Shown here: positions 1-9,829 of the stretch, piece by piece
Numbering within the stretch: the first letter of the stretch is position 1
How the letters are laid out: the number at the start of each line of letters is the position of its first letter
Origin: Macrostomum lignano
Taxonomy: Eukaryota
Reading direction: 5' to 3'
NCBI GenBank assembly: GCA_002269645.1
Contig: NIVC01000617.1
Coordinates: forward strand, 446,274 to 510,273
Length of the DNA stretch: 64,000 bases
Notes under the pieces: model-generated
Told to the model about the DNA's origin: nothing
The model's input: only the letters and a program-made list of their open reading frames with translations
Database searches by the model: none
Program-made: the position numbers and the translations under genes

Positions 1-123
1 AACCTGACAGAGCCTTTCTCCATCGCCAACTTCACCTGCAACGCTTTCGGCAGCGCTGTTCGAGTTCTCTACCAGCAGAGCGATCTGCTTATTCTCAGCG
101 AAGTTGAGATCTACGGCTACTGA
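1..123 (+). CDS. 3' end of a host gene, probably an F-type lectin/discoidin-like domain (partial)
   Basis: Frame 1 reads NLTEPFSIANFTCNAFGSAVRVLYQQSDLLILSEVEIYGY-stop. The LxLxEVEIYG ending is typical of F-type lectin/FA58C domains. Confidence 0.5.
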   Translation, partial: NLTEPFSIANFTCNAFGSAVRVLYQQSDLLILSEVEIYGY

Positions 124-509
124 GACGTCAAGCTCGAGTCAAATGAATAACTGATCGTTTTTCTCTCAAAGCTGCAAAACCTAACTTGGTTGTGTGATCC
201 TTCACAGTTTTAGTCCCCATGTTTTAGCCCTGGTTTTATCTTGGCATTTGAGCCACCCAAAATTCGGAGATGCAAATCTCGCCTAGGTGAGCGCGCTCTA
301 TAGCCTTGGTCCACCTGCTGTCTCCTCTGGTAGTCTCCCTGCTTTTTGTGTCTCGGCTCTCATCACTGACAGTAGTGGATTGGAGTCCTGGGGTTGATGT
401 TCGTCCCGAATCGGGAAATACCGGAAATATCGGCTGAGTCCGGGGTCTTCTTGCTCCTTGTGCCCCTCTCCAACCCCTTGGCCTGGCCCTTATATAGAGC
501 TGGATATCG

Positions 510-890
510 AAAACGCCTTGAGGCTTGCAGCCCTATAGGAGGTTCTACTTATGGCCGGCCTACCTGATAGGAGACTCGCCCATCGCAATAAGCTTCCAGA
601 CTCGCTCCAATATATAAAGCCTTTCCGTAGACTAGGATATTTCCTCTCTCGGACCGCTTAAGCTTACTCCAATATTGTTTAGAGCTGGGTAGCAAAAAAG
701 CCTTGAGGCTTGCAGCCCTGCAGAATAAGAGGTTTTCCGTTTTCTGGTGGCCCATCTGGCAGGAGACTCGCCCTTGGTAAATATGCTGCCCAGACTCGCT
801 CCAAAATTAAGCCTTCTCCGTAGACTTCGAGGTCTCCCCGCTCTCGGACCATTTTTTAAACTCCGAGCTTTTTTTGCGCGCACACTCGGG
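510..890. repeat. Two diverged tandem copies of a ~187-bp unit
   Basis: GCCTTGAGGCTTGCAGCCCT, GGAGACTCGCCC, CCAGACTCGCTCCAA and TCCGTAGACT each occur twice about 187-190 bp apart. Confidence 0.6.
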
Positions 891-2143
891 TTTTGTCGTT
901 GGGGGTGTCCTGGGTCTTAGCACCGTCCCTGATTCCACTATGAGTTGGCGGTGTCTTAGTCCATAGGCTTGGGTTGGTAGCACCAATAAGGTTTTATCCT
1001 GGCCATGACGTCAGGTCCCAATCTGGCCTGCGCGGGCTATATGCCCCTGGTAGATACGCCCCTGCTTTCTAGCGGCAGAGCCCTTCCCTGGGCTGATCCG
1101 CGGGAGCCCCCTAGGCTACCTACCCTCGTTTAACAACAACAAGCTACTTTCAGTTCAGTAACTTAAGTTAAACAGAAGCATTTTAATATATTTTTAAAGA
1201 CACGGGCAGGGCTCATTTATTGGCTTTTACCCCCGCTCCCCCCCCCAGCTTAAACCCTCAAACTTCTCACAGAACCTACCCCTGCCCCGCCACCCAATTT
1301 TTATTACCTTCCTCGGTTGTTCCAGCCTAAATCTGCCATGTACGGTACATTTCAGTGGCTAATGTACATGTACATTATTGCTGAACCAATTAGTAAGCTG
1401 TTTACGTCTGCAAGCTTGGGCTTCTAAACTTATCAAAGTCATCTAGTAAGCCTGCCTTTATTCTTATAAAATAGCTTAAGTATTCTTCTTTGCTACTGAA
1501 CTGAAAGTAAAAAGCTGGGAGCTGGGAGCGACTGGAAGAGCAATGGCATGGAGCCAGGAAATGTTTACACACGGCAACTTGATAAGGTTGTCAAGAGGCC
1601 GTACGCTATACTATTTTGTATATAGGTGCCAATCTGTCACAACTACTTGATGCAAACGAAGTCTCAACTCTCAAGTCGATCGGGTCGACCAGCACCGGCC
1701 GCAGACCCCTGAGCTCGAACACACACAGATCGCACACGAACACACAACCAGGACTTTTCTTATGCGCTTAGCCGCTTTGGGACACTTCAAGGGCCAAACT
1801 TATGAAAGTACATGTAACTGTGAACAGGGATGCTAAATCGTGTCGTATGCAGAGGGGGGCCAAAGGGGGGCCGCGCCCGCTTATCGAATTGAACTTTAAA
1901 TACAAAACCAACGACACGGACCCAATGTTTGTCACCCACCGGCCTAAGCGAAGGCCACTACCATGAGTATACATACAGTATGTTTTTTATACTGCTGGTG
2001 GTCCTTGGCATTATGAAATTGTAGAGTAGACGGCGCCGCTCTTAGTTAGCTTCTCTATACATATGCACGATGTATACTAGGGTACTTTAACATGCATATG
2101 CATCTGCATGGTAATTAACCCTTCCGAGCAAGGAACTATATAC

Positions 2144-3042
2144 TGTTGTAACCCGGGTCGGCTTGGGTGCCCAGTCCCGAGTACAATATATATTATATGT
2201 GATATAACAGGCGTTGTGACGCTCTGTCTGTACTTTTATGAATACGACGAGCAGGCGTGGCGACGCTCTGCGATAATAATTCGATCCCTCTGGTGTTGTG
2301 ACACTCAGAGTTCACGCTGCGGCTCGAGGTGTGGTGACACTCTCGAGTGCTTCTATTCTCTATACCGTAGGGCGTACGCAATATATATGGTAAACGGTAC
2401 CGTACTACAGAAGCTATATGGTCTCCCGGCGTTATGACGCTCTAGCAAGAATTCGGCCTAGCAAGCTTCCCGGAAAGAAAGGACTCAAACAGCAGGCGGC
2501 TTACCAGTGGCCAGATGACTGTTCACCGTTTATTATTCGCAGGTCTCAAGCGCAGTTTCCGACTTCTTCTTAATTCTCCAAGACTCTTCTCAATTAGGCT
2601 ATTGTGTTTCTTTTATCCAAGTAGCTAATGTTGCTGTTTCTTTTATCGAAGTAGCTAATGTTGCTGTTTCTTTTATCAGGTCTCGCGCTTGCACTCTCGG
2701 AGCACACCAAAACACAAAAAGCACGCAGGTGGTGGGCAAGAGCCAGAGTCGCACCATAAATAGCACCCAAACCCTGGGGCAGACGGCCCCACCGGCTAAG
2801 CTCACCAAAACAAACCACGCCGGCCCAGCCAATCAAAACCCCGCCTAAGGGGGGAGGGGCTGCACCCGCGCCAAAGCTGGCCCGGCCGCAGCCAACCAGC
2901 CCTGAGCACGGGGCAGGGGCACGGCTGGGGAGGGGCACGCGCAAAGCCCGGCCGGGGCCAGACCCTGCCACACCCGCCAACCCCCCCAACCAGCCCCAAA
3001 TTGCAACGCGCCCTGCCAACTGACAAGGGCGCATGCACTACA
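2144..3042 (-). repeat. 3' LTR
   Basis: Near-identical to 10956-11854, with about 4 substitutions seen by eye. TG/CA ends; AATAAA on the minus strand near 2530. Confidence 0.97.
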
Positions 3043-3054
3043 CCCTCCCCTCCT
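3043..3054 (-). promoter_or_regulatory. Polypurine tract
   Basis: Minus strand AGGAGGGGAGGG directly abuts the 3' LTR. Confidence 0.9.
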
Positions 3055-3300
3055 ACAAAAAAAACAGGGCGGAGCTCGAACCACGGCGACTGGGATTCCA
3101 AATTTTTTAAATAACAAAGCAAAAAAAATCAAAAACAAAAAAAAAAACTGGAAACAAACTAATGCAAAGGGGAAAAAGAAAAATGGTTGCCGCAAAAGAA
3201 ATATGAAAAAAAATACTGGTTTTCTGCACGCAAGTTCGTCAGAGCAACCACGGGGCACGGAATAGGCTTTACATCAAAGCTGGCGCCACAGAAAACCATC

Positions 3301-3590
3301 GCAGGTGGCCGGCAGGACGCGCAGATGGCCGGCAGGAAGTGCAGATGGCCGGCAGGGCACGCAGGTGGCCGGGCGGGACGCGCAAGTGGCCGGCAGGACA
3401 CGCAGGTGGCCGGCAGGAAGTGCAGATGGCCGGCAGGGCACGCAGGTGGCCGGGCGGGACGCGCAGGTGGCCGGCAGGACGCGCAAGTGGCCGGCAGGGC
3501 ACGCAGGTGGCCGGCAAGACGCGAAGGCGGCCGGGCGGGACGCGCAGGTGGCCGGCAGGACGCGCAAGTGGCCGCCGCAGAAGCCGGCAG
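3301..3590. repeat. GC-rich 20-21-bp tandem repeat in the retrotransposon 3' UTR
   Basis: About 14 units of GCAGGTGGCCGGCAGGACGC and variants. Confidence 0.9.
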
Positions 3591-3734
3591 GAAGCGCACT
3601 GGCGCCGCACAGCTGCTGAGCCATTCCCCCAGGAAGCTTGACCCCACTAGCATGCAAATAAACCCATACAGTACGAGCGTAACAACATACGTACAATTAA
3701 GCAGAAAATACGGTATGAATCGGAACTGGGCACC

Positions 3735-4682
3735 CTAGCGAACCCGAAGTCCAGGGAGACCGACGCAGCTTTTCAGGACCTCGAGCAGCCTGCCGGGCCG
3801 GCGCAAACCGAACAGCGGGATGAGCTCGTGACAGAGCTGTCGGACGAAACAATCAAAACTCTGCCTAGACCAGTAACGGCGGCCTGCTCTCTGACGCTTT
3901 ACCGGAGCGATATCTCTGCGGATGAAGAACAACGCCTGCAGCAGGACCATTGACAGTGCGCTCCTCGGTTCTCGCTGCGAGTCTCGAAACAGCCGTCTCA
4001 TAGCCGTGAGCACTGACACGATTCCGTCCGACTGTCCAGCCAAAATATGCTTCATCAAACGATGGCGGAGCTGACGCGCAGCTGCCGATAACGACAGCTT
4101 TTCATCATCCCATATTGCTCCCGACGCGCGATGTGAGACAACCTCCTTGCTTTCCGGTACATCGATCTCCATAGCTTCTGACTCACTACTTCCGGAGGAG
4201 CCATCCGATGCCAGCAACTCGTCTTCTTCTTCTGTGTCGATGCTACACTCATCCGACTCCTCGCTCTCATCGTCGTCCGAGATTAGAATGTAGCCATCCG
4301 CTTCGTAATCGTTCCTCTGTCCCTGTCTCCCCTGCCTGAGACCAGCTTCCTTGCGCTGAGCTTCTTCAACTTCTCGCCTTTGCTGTACTCCCTCTTCGAT
4401 GTCCGCCGGCATTCTTACACCAGTAGGAGGTATGAACGTCATTGCGAAGGTTACAGCCTCGTCATACGGGATTGATTTATCGCCCAACTGGTCGTACATC
4501 GCTCGGCGATATGGACACGATAGAATTCTACCAGCAGTCTCAATTTCTTGGAAACGGCGTCCTGCGAGTTCCTTGTCCGGGTGCTTGTCCGGGTGCCAGA
4601 AGAGCGCTAGCTGTCGATAGACTCGCCTGATCTCGGCACGTTCGGCTGTGTGTCCGACTTGGAGGACAGCGTACAAATCCAT
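3735..4682 (-). CDS. J-domain (DnaJ/Hsp40-type) protein carried by the retrotransposon
   Basis: N-terminus MDLYAVLQV...EIRRVYRQLALFWHPDKHPD...RRFQEIETAGRILS..RRAMYDQLG with HPD at 4587-4595, then an acidic tract and a helical C-terminus. ATG at 4682 is preferred over the ORF-track start at 4715. Confidence 0.9.
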   Translation of the reverse strand: MDLYAVLQVGHTAERAEIRRVYRQLALFWHPDKHPDKELAGRRFQEIETAGRILSCPYRRAMYDQLGDKSIPYDEAVTFAMTFIPPTGVRMPADIEEGVQQRREVEEAQRKEAGLRQGRQGQRNDYEADGYILISDDDESEESDECSIDTEEEDELLASDGSSGSSESEAMEIDVPESKEVVSHRASGAIWDDEKLSLSAAARQLRHRLMKHILAGQSDGIVSVLTAMRRLFRDSQREPRSALSMVLLQALFFIRRDIAPVKRQRAGRRYWSRQSFDCFVRQLCHELIPLFGLRRPGRLLEVLKSCVGLPGLRVR

Positions 4683-5096
4683 CTGCAAAGCAACGTACTC
4701 AAACCTGCGACACACTGTCCCTGACTCCAGATTTTACTCCTGCTCCCCTCTTGCCAGAGCGTCATCTCCTCGGACCGTGGCCCTGCATCGTAAAGTCCCA
4801 GCGCAAATTCGAGTTTTCACCGGATGCCAGTCCGAATACCCTCCACCGATGCATAGATTTTGTAGGCAAAATTTGATTCTCGTCAAAACTTCGATGAAGA
4901 TGCGATTAAAATGACTTAATGACGCATTAACGAATTTCTTGAATGACGCATTGGCGAACTGCTCGTACTCATGATGAATGATGCATTGATGAAGTACTCG
5001 TATTTATGATGAATGACGCATTCGCGAAATATTTTTCTGGCTTTTAACGATAATCGCATATGAAACTGATGAGACTTCACGATGACGAGTAACCCA

Positions 5097-6500
5097 TTAG
5101 AATGTCACTGGCTGGCCGTAGCGATCCGGCGGCCGTCGCAACCTTCCGGACCTTCGAGGCTCAGGTGCAGCTTCCACCGGGTTATGAGTAGGCTGCGGGT
5201 CGTCAACCAACTCCATCTGCTCTTCCAGCACCTCGGCGACTTCCTCGGCGTCCTGTGGCGGCATCAGTTGAGGCCGAGTCCAAGTCTCGCATTCCGCCTC
5301 TGTCTCCGAGTCCGTCTCGTCGACCACCTCCGGCGGTGCCGCGGTCCTAACTGGTGTTTCCAGGGCGGCCGGTCGAGCGAACTTCCGGAGGTTGTTGAAG
5401 TGGACGAACTTCGACTTTTTACGATTTGACGGGTTTTCCACTTTGAAGAGCACCTCGGATCTTCTTTCGAGCACCTTCACTGGGCCGAGCCAGCTTACGT
5501 GAAACTTTGCGGCTTCGTCTGGTTTCAGGGCGGGGCTGTAGACGAAGACATGGTCACCCTCCTGAATATCGGATCCTCGGGTTCTTTTATCGTACTGGTC
5601 CTTCTGTCGCCGCTGATAAGTATTCAACTGCTGTCGAGCAGCGCGATGAGCTGTCTGCAATTTGTCTTCTAGCTCCTTGACGAAATTTACATGCGAATCG
5701 ACAGGCTGTGGCGGCTGGTCAGTCAAGTCTATCGGTAGGCGCATCTCCGTGCCATAGACCATGTAGTGGGGAGTATAACCCGTTGCTCGATGCACGCTTG
5801 ATCGGTACGCCATTAACGCAGAGCTGACGAATTCTTCCCAGTCGTTTCGTCCTGAGTCCTCTAGGCAGCACTTGAGGATGGATTTTAAACTTTTATTGAA
5901 GTTTTCTACTTGTCCATTTCCGCTCGGATGATAAGCTGTGGTTCTGGACTTGCGGATCTCGAGTATCCTGCACATTTCGCGCATCACTTGCGATTCGAAG
6001 TTCCTTCCTTGGTCACTGTGCAAAGTACTCGGACATCCATGCTGGCTAATCCATCGATTGAAAAGCGCCCTTGCCACCGTCCTTGCCTTCTGGTTGCGAA
6101 GCGGGTACGCGTCAGGCCACTTCGTAAACGAATCTTGGACTGTCAGGAGATAAATGTTTCCAGCCTTACTCCGCGGTAGCGGCCCGACAATGTCCATCAT
6201 GACGCAATCGAATGGTGCTGCGAATGTCAACGGTTGCAGGGGTGCTCGGTTTCGCTTGCCCGGCTTTGACTTGCAGCAGGTGGCACAACCGCGAATATAT
6301 TCTTCAATGGCACGAGACAATCCTGGACGCCAGTAGCGCTGAAGCACTTTAAATTTTGTCTTCGCAAAGCCCATGTGGCCACCTCCCACTCCCTCGTGTA
6401 GGGTTTTCAAGATACGATCCAATGCCTTTCGTGGCAGCACCATTTGATACTCATCGCGCCTGTCTTTGTTTCTCACAAGGAGCACTTTCTCTTGCAGCAC
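5097..6500 (-). CDS. Pol: integrase (HHCC, DDE, GPY/F-like)
   Basis: H..GH...C..C zinc finger; MDIVG / SDQGRNFES / VENFN catalytic triad; WLGPVKV; no chromodomain seen. Confidence 0.95.
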   Translation of the reverse strand: MLQEKVLLVRNKDRRDEYQMVLPRKALDRILKTLHEGVGGGHMGFAKTKFKVLQRYWRPGLSRAIEEYIRGCATCCKSKPGKRNRAPLQPLTFAAPFDCVMMDIVGPLPRSKAGNIYLLTVQDSFTKWPDAYPLRNQKARTVARALFNRWISQHGCPSTLHSDQGRNFESQVMREMCRILEIRKSRTTAYHPSGNGQVENFNKSLKSILKCCLEDSGRNDWEEFVSSALMAYRSSVHRATGYTPHYMVYGTEMRLPIDLTDQPPQPVDSHVNFVKELEDKLQTAHRAARQQLNTYQRRQKDQYDKRTRGSDIQEGDHVFVYSPALKPDEAAKFHVSWLGPVKVLERRSEVLFKVENPSNRKKSKFVHFNNLRKFARPAALETPVRTAAPPEVVDETDSETEAECETWTRPQLMPPQDAEEVAEVLEEQMELVDDPQPTHNPVEAAPEPRRSGRLRRPPDRYGQPVTF

Positions 6501-6970
6501 CAGGTCGTCTTTTCGAGTCCAGACGGCTCTAGCCAGTGGACTCCAAGCTGTCTCGCTTTTATCTGGACTGGGTTTGAGCCAAGCGCTTCCTTTACTGTTC
6601 TCAAATCGTCGTCTTGATCCTGCTCGCTTGCCAGATTGCCGGCTGAGAATCGTTCAAATTCGACTGCATTTAGTCCTTCTGGATGCTGCGCACATGCCGG
6701 GCATGTCTCCGCTCCGAAATGTCTCCGTACTGGCTTCCTCGACATTGCGTCCGCGTTGCCATGCGATCGACCTGGTCTGTGAACGATGCGGTACTGAAAT
6801 GGAGCCAACTTCTCCAACCAGCGAGCAACCTGTCCCTCGGCGTCACTGAAGTTTTTTAACCATTGCAGGCTGCTGTGGTCCGTTCGCAGACAGAACGCTT
6901 TTCCAGCAGATAGTATCTGAACTTCATGATGAAAGTCACAACCGCTAGTAGTTCTAAACGAGTCGTACAA
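6473..6970 (-). CDS. Pol: RNase H C-terminus and linker (frameshifted segment)
   Basis: RTDHSSLQWL...GQVARWLEKL...IVHRPGRSHGNADAMSR. Confidence 0.9.
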   Translation of the reverse strand: MYDSFRTTSGCDFHHEVQILSAGKAFCLRTDHSSLQWLKNFSDAEGQVARWLEKLAPFQYRIVHRPGRSHGNADAMSRKPVRRHFGAETCPACAQHPEGLNAVEFERFSAGNLASEQDQDDDLRTVKEALGSNPVQIKARQLGVHWLEPSGLEKTTWCCKRKCSL

Positions 6971-8292
6971 TAGTTGCGTTCGGCTTGATTTAGTGTCTTG
7001 GACCCATAGGCGATCACTCGTTCTGCTCCATCTGGCTGGACTTGAGAAAGTACCGCTCCTATGCCCATCTTCGAACTGCCATCAGTATCGAGGATAAACT
7101 CTCCGGCATCCGGGGAGAAATCCGGATGAGCCATAACCTCTGAACTTGTCATTCGTTCCTTCAATGTTTCGAACGCCAGCTGCTGTTCCGTTTTCCATTC
7201 AAACTTTGCGTCTTTTGTTGTCAACCGAGTTAGAGGCGCTGCTATTGCGGCGAAATCTTTAATAAACTTTCTGTAATAGCCACACAGGCCCAAGAATGAA
7301 TGCAGCTCCGTCGAGGATCGCGGTGTTGGCCAGTTCTTCACTTCTTGAACTTTCTCCTCATCGGTACTGATGCCAGCAGCCGACAGCGTGTGACCGAGAA
7401 ATTTCACTTGCTTTTGCAAAAAGTGACACTTCTGGGGCTTCAGGCACAAATTTGCTTGCCGCAACTTGCTGAATATTTCCTCCAGTCTTCTCAGGTGTTC
7501 ATCCACGTCGGTTGACCAAACCAGTAGATCGTCGATGTAGACGAGACAGGTTTTCCACATCTGCTTGTCCAAAACGGCTGCCATCAACCTGGTGAATGTT
7601 GCTGGGCTGTTCACTAAGCCGAACGGCATAACCTTCCATCGAAATTGTCCGCGATGCGGCACTGCAAACGCCGTCTTGTCCTGATCCTGAGGTCTCACCC
7701 CTACTTGCCAAAACCCGCTGTGAAGGTCCATAGTCGAGAAGATCTTGGCGCCGTGTACTGCCTCCAGCGCATCATCGACCCTCGGCATCGGCACTGCATC
7801 CTTGACGGTGACCTCATTCAACTTCCGATAATCGACGCACATCCTCATTTCCCCTGATTTCTTCTTTACGCACACCAAAGGAAAGCACCATGGTGACTGT
7901 GCTTCTTCGATCTGCCCCTTTTCCAGCAACTCGTTGACTTGACGATCTACTTCTGGCTGTAAGTGGGGAGGCAGACGACGCGGTGGGATCTTGATTGGGC
8001 GCGCATTCTCGGTGTTAATTTCATGCTCCACCACGGTAGTTAACTTGCTTGAAGTCTGCTTGGTCGTGAACACATCGCCGTAACTCCGGACAAGGATTCT
8101 AAATTCTTCGTCTTCTTTCGTCGACAGTCCACAGTCGCCGTACGAGTTTGGTAGCAAGTCTGCTTCCGAAGGGCTGTCGCTGCCTTGGAACTTCGGCTCT
8201 TCCTGTGGATCGTCTCCTGACTCTACGGCTAAGAGCTTGATGGTGTTCAACGGTTCGGTGGATTCTAGGGGCAGAACCACCCGAGCGTACAA
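6856..8292 (-). CDS. Pol: reverse transcriptase and RNase H
   Basis: RMCVDYRKLN, DLHSGFWQV, MPFGLVNSPATF, YIDD, LDTDGS, ERNYCTTRLELLAV. Confidence 0.97.
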   Translation of the reverse strand: MYARVVLPLESTEPLNTIKLLAVESGDDPQEEPKFQGSDSPSEADLLPNSYGDCGLSTKEDEEFRILVRSYGDVFTTKQTSSKLTTVVEHEINTENARPIKIPPRRLPPHLQPEVDRQVNELLEKGQIEEAQSPWCFPLVCVKKKSGEMRMCVDYRKLNEVTVKDAVPMPRVDDALEAVHGAKIFSTMDLHSGFWQVGVRPQDQDKTAFAVPHRGQFRWKVMPFGLVNSPATFTRLMAAVLDKQMWKTCLVYIDDLLVWSTDVDEHLRRLEEIFSKLRQANLCLKPQKCHFLQKQVKFLGHTLSAAGISTDEEKVQEVKNWPTPRSSTELHSFLGLCGYYRKFIKDFAAIAAPLTRLTTKDAKFEWKTEQQLAFETLKERMTSSEVMAHPDFSPDAGEFILDTDGSSKMGIGAVLSQVQPDGAERVIAYGSKTLNQAERNYCTTRLELLAVVTFIMKFRYYLLEKRSVCERTTAACNG

Positions 8293-8879
8293 CCTTGGCG
8301 AATTCTGACTGGCTCCTCCGTGATATTGATGAGTCGAGTCGGCAGACGGCTGCCGCTATTTGGGATCACTAAGGCCTTAGCAAGCCAGCGGCCAGCTGCC
8401 AAATCGTTCGCCCCGAGATTCTCAGTTAGACCGACACACCCTCTGTTCCGTCGTCCTTTGCTCTCCAGCCTTGCTGACAGAACTGCTTGATGACCTGGCG
8501 GTATTGTGCTGGACCTTGTCGCCAAAATTCTGCAAACGATCGGGCGCTCAGCTTGCCATCGGAACGGGATTGCAGTGTCCTGCACTGAAAAGACAGCTGT
8601 CTTGTAGTCGATGACGCAACTGTTGTCCCTGCAGAAGTCGGATCCCAATACCAGTTGGTACTTCACTCCGCTGACTACCAAGGCTGGAGTATCTATTACT
8701 TTATCAGCGATTGACAGTCGCAACAGGACTGTCCTCTCGATTTCGATCGGGCTGCCGTTTGCTAAGCTAACGTAGCCTTCAGCACCGGCCAAATCTCTGA
8801 CGCTCTGTTTCGGCATACTTTGGTAAGCTTCCCGTGAGATAATGGTGCAGGAAGCTCCCGAGTCCTCTAGCGCGTTCAC
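8265..8879 (-). CDS. Pol: aspartic protease
   Basis: ALEDSGASCTII catalytic motif and LVLGSDF flap motif; the frame is open upstream of the GTG start. Confidence 0.9.
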   Translation of the reverse strand: MNALEDSGASCTIISREAYQSMPKQSVRDLAGAEGYVSLANGSPIEIERTVLLRLSIADKVIDTPALVVSGVKYQLVLGSDFCRDNSCVIDYKTAVFSVQDTAIPFRWQAERPIVCRILATRSSTIPPGHQAVLSARLESKGRRNRGCVGLTENLGANDLAAGRWLAKALVIPNSGSRLPTRLINITEEPVRIRQGCTLGWFCP

Positions 8880-8983
8880 CCTCCGCCCTGCGATTGAGGC
8901 CGTAACATATATCGACGCAGGATTGATTTGAATTGACTGAGGTGCGTTGACGGTGATTGGGCGCTGCGACTGTGCAAAACCGG

Positions 8984-9829
8984 CTAGTTGATGGTGAGGT
9001 GCAGTACCGGACGCTGGGGCTGATGAGGCACTGTACCGGACACTGGATGCTGATGAGACGCAGTACCGGACACTGGAGGCTGATGAGACGCAGTACCGGA
9101 CACTAGAGGCTGATGAGACGCAGTACCGGACACTGGATGCTGATGAGGCGCAGTACCGGACACTGGATGCTGATGAGACGCAGTACCGGACACTAGAGGC
9201 TGATGAGACGCAGTACCGGACACTGGATGCTGATGAGGCGCAGTACCGGACACTGGATGCTGATGAGACGCAGTACCGGACACTGGATGCTGATGAGACG
9301 CAGTACCGGACACTGGATGCTGATGAGATACTGTACCGGACACTGGAGGCTGATGAGACGCAGTACCGGACACTGGAGGCTGATGAGACGCTGTACCGGA
9401 CACTGGATGCTGATGAGGCGCAGTACCGGACACTGGATGCTGATGAGCCGCAGTACCGGACACTGGATGCTGATGAGGTACTGTACCGGACACTGGAGGC
9501 TGATGAGGCGCAGTACCGGACACTGGATGCTGATGAGGTACTGTACCGGACACTGGAGGCTGACGAGACGCAGTACCGGACACTGGAGGCTGATGAAGCG
9601 CGGTACCGGACACTGGATGCTGATGAGGCGCAGTACCGGACGCTGGAGGCTGATGAGGCGCAGTACCGGACACTGGATTCTGATGAGGCGCAGTACCGGA
9701 CACTGGAGGCTGATGAGATGCGGTACCGGGCGTTTGATGATGATGAGATGAGATGACGGCTTGTTCGGAGGCTGACGAATTGCAGGGGCTCACTTGCCTC
9801 CAGCTGGTGGGCCCCTCTTGCCTTTTCCC
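8984..9829 (-). CDS. Pol N-terminal linker of ~24 decapeptide repeats (HQHPVSGTAP-like)
   Basis: 30-bp tandem array (~9001-9730), open in the -1 frame of gag. The last unit PASGTAPHHQ continues in the protease frame after a 1-nt gap. Confidence 0.7.
   Translation of the reverse strand, partial: GKRQEGPTSWRQVSPCNSSASEQAVISSHHHQTPGTASHQPPVSGTAPHQNPVSGTAPHQPPASGTAPHQHPVSGTALHQPPVSGTASRQPPVSGTVPHQHPVSGTAPHQPPVSGTVPHQHPVSGTAAHQHPVSGTAPHQHPVSGTASHQPPVSGTASHQPPVSGTVSHQHPVSGTASHQHPVSGTASHQHPVSGTAPHQHPVSGTASHQPLVSGTASHQHPVSGTAPHQHPVSGTASHQPLVSGTASHQPPVSGTASHQHPVSGTVPHQPQRPVLHLTIN

Noticed and set aside
2108-3258. ORFs within and overlapping the LTRs (and their copies at 10923-11850)
   Set aside because: No recognisable domains; they are GC-rich chance ORFs duplicated with the LTR.
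3735-4715. J-domain ORF as a polyomavirus T-antigen or Env homologue
   Set aside because: No LxCxE motif (only LCHE), no helicase or origin-binding domain, and no signal peptide or TM segment.
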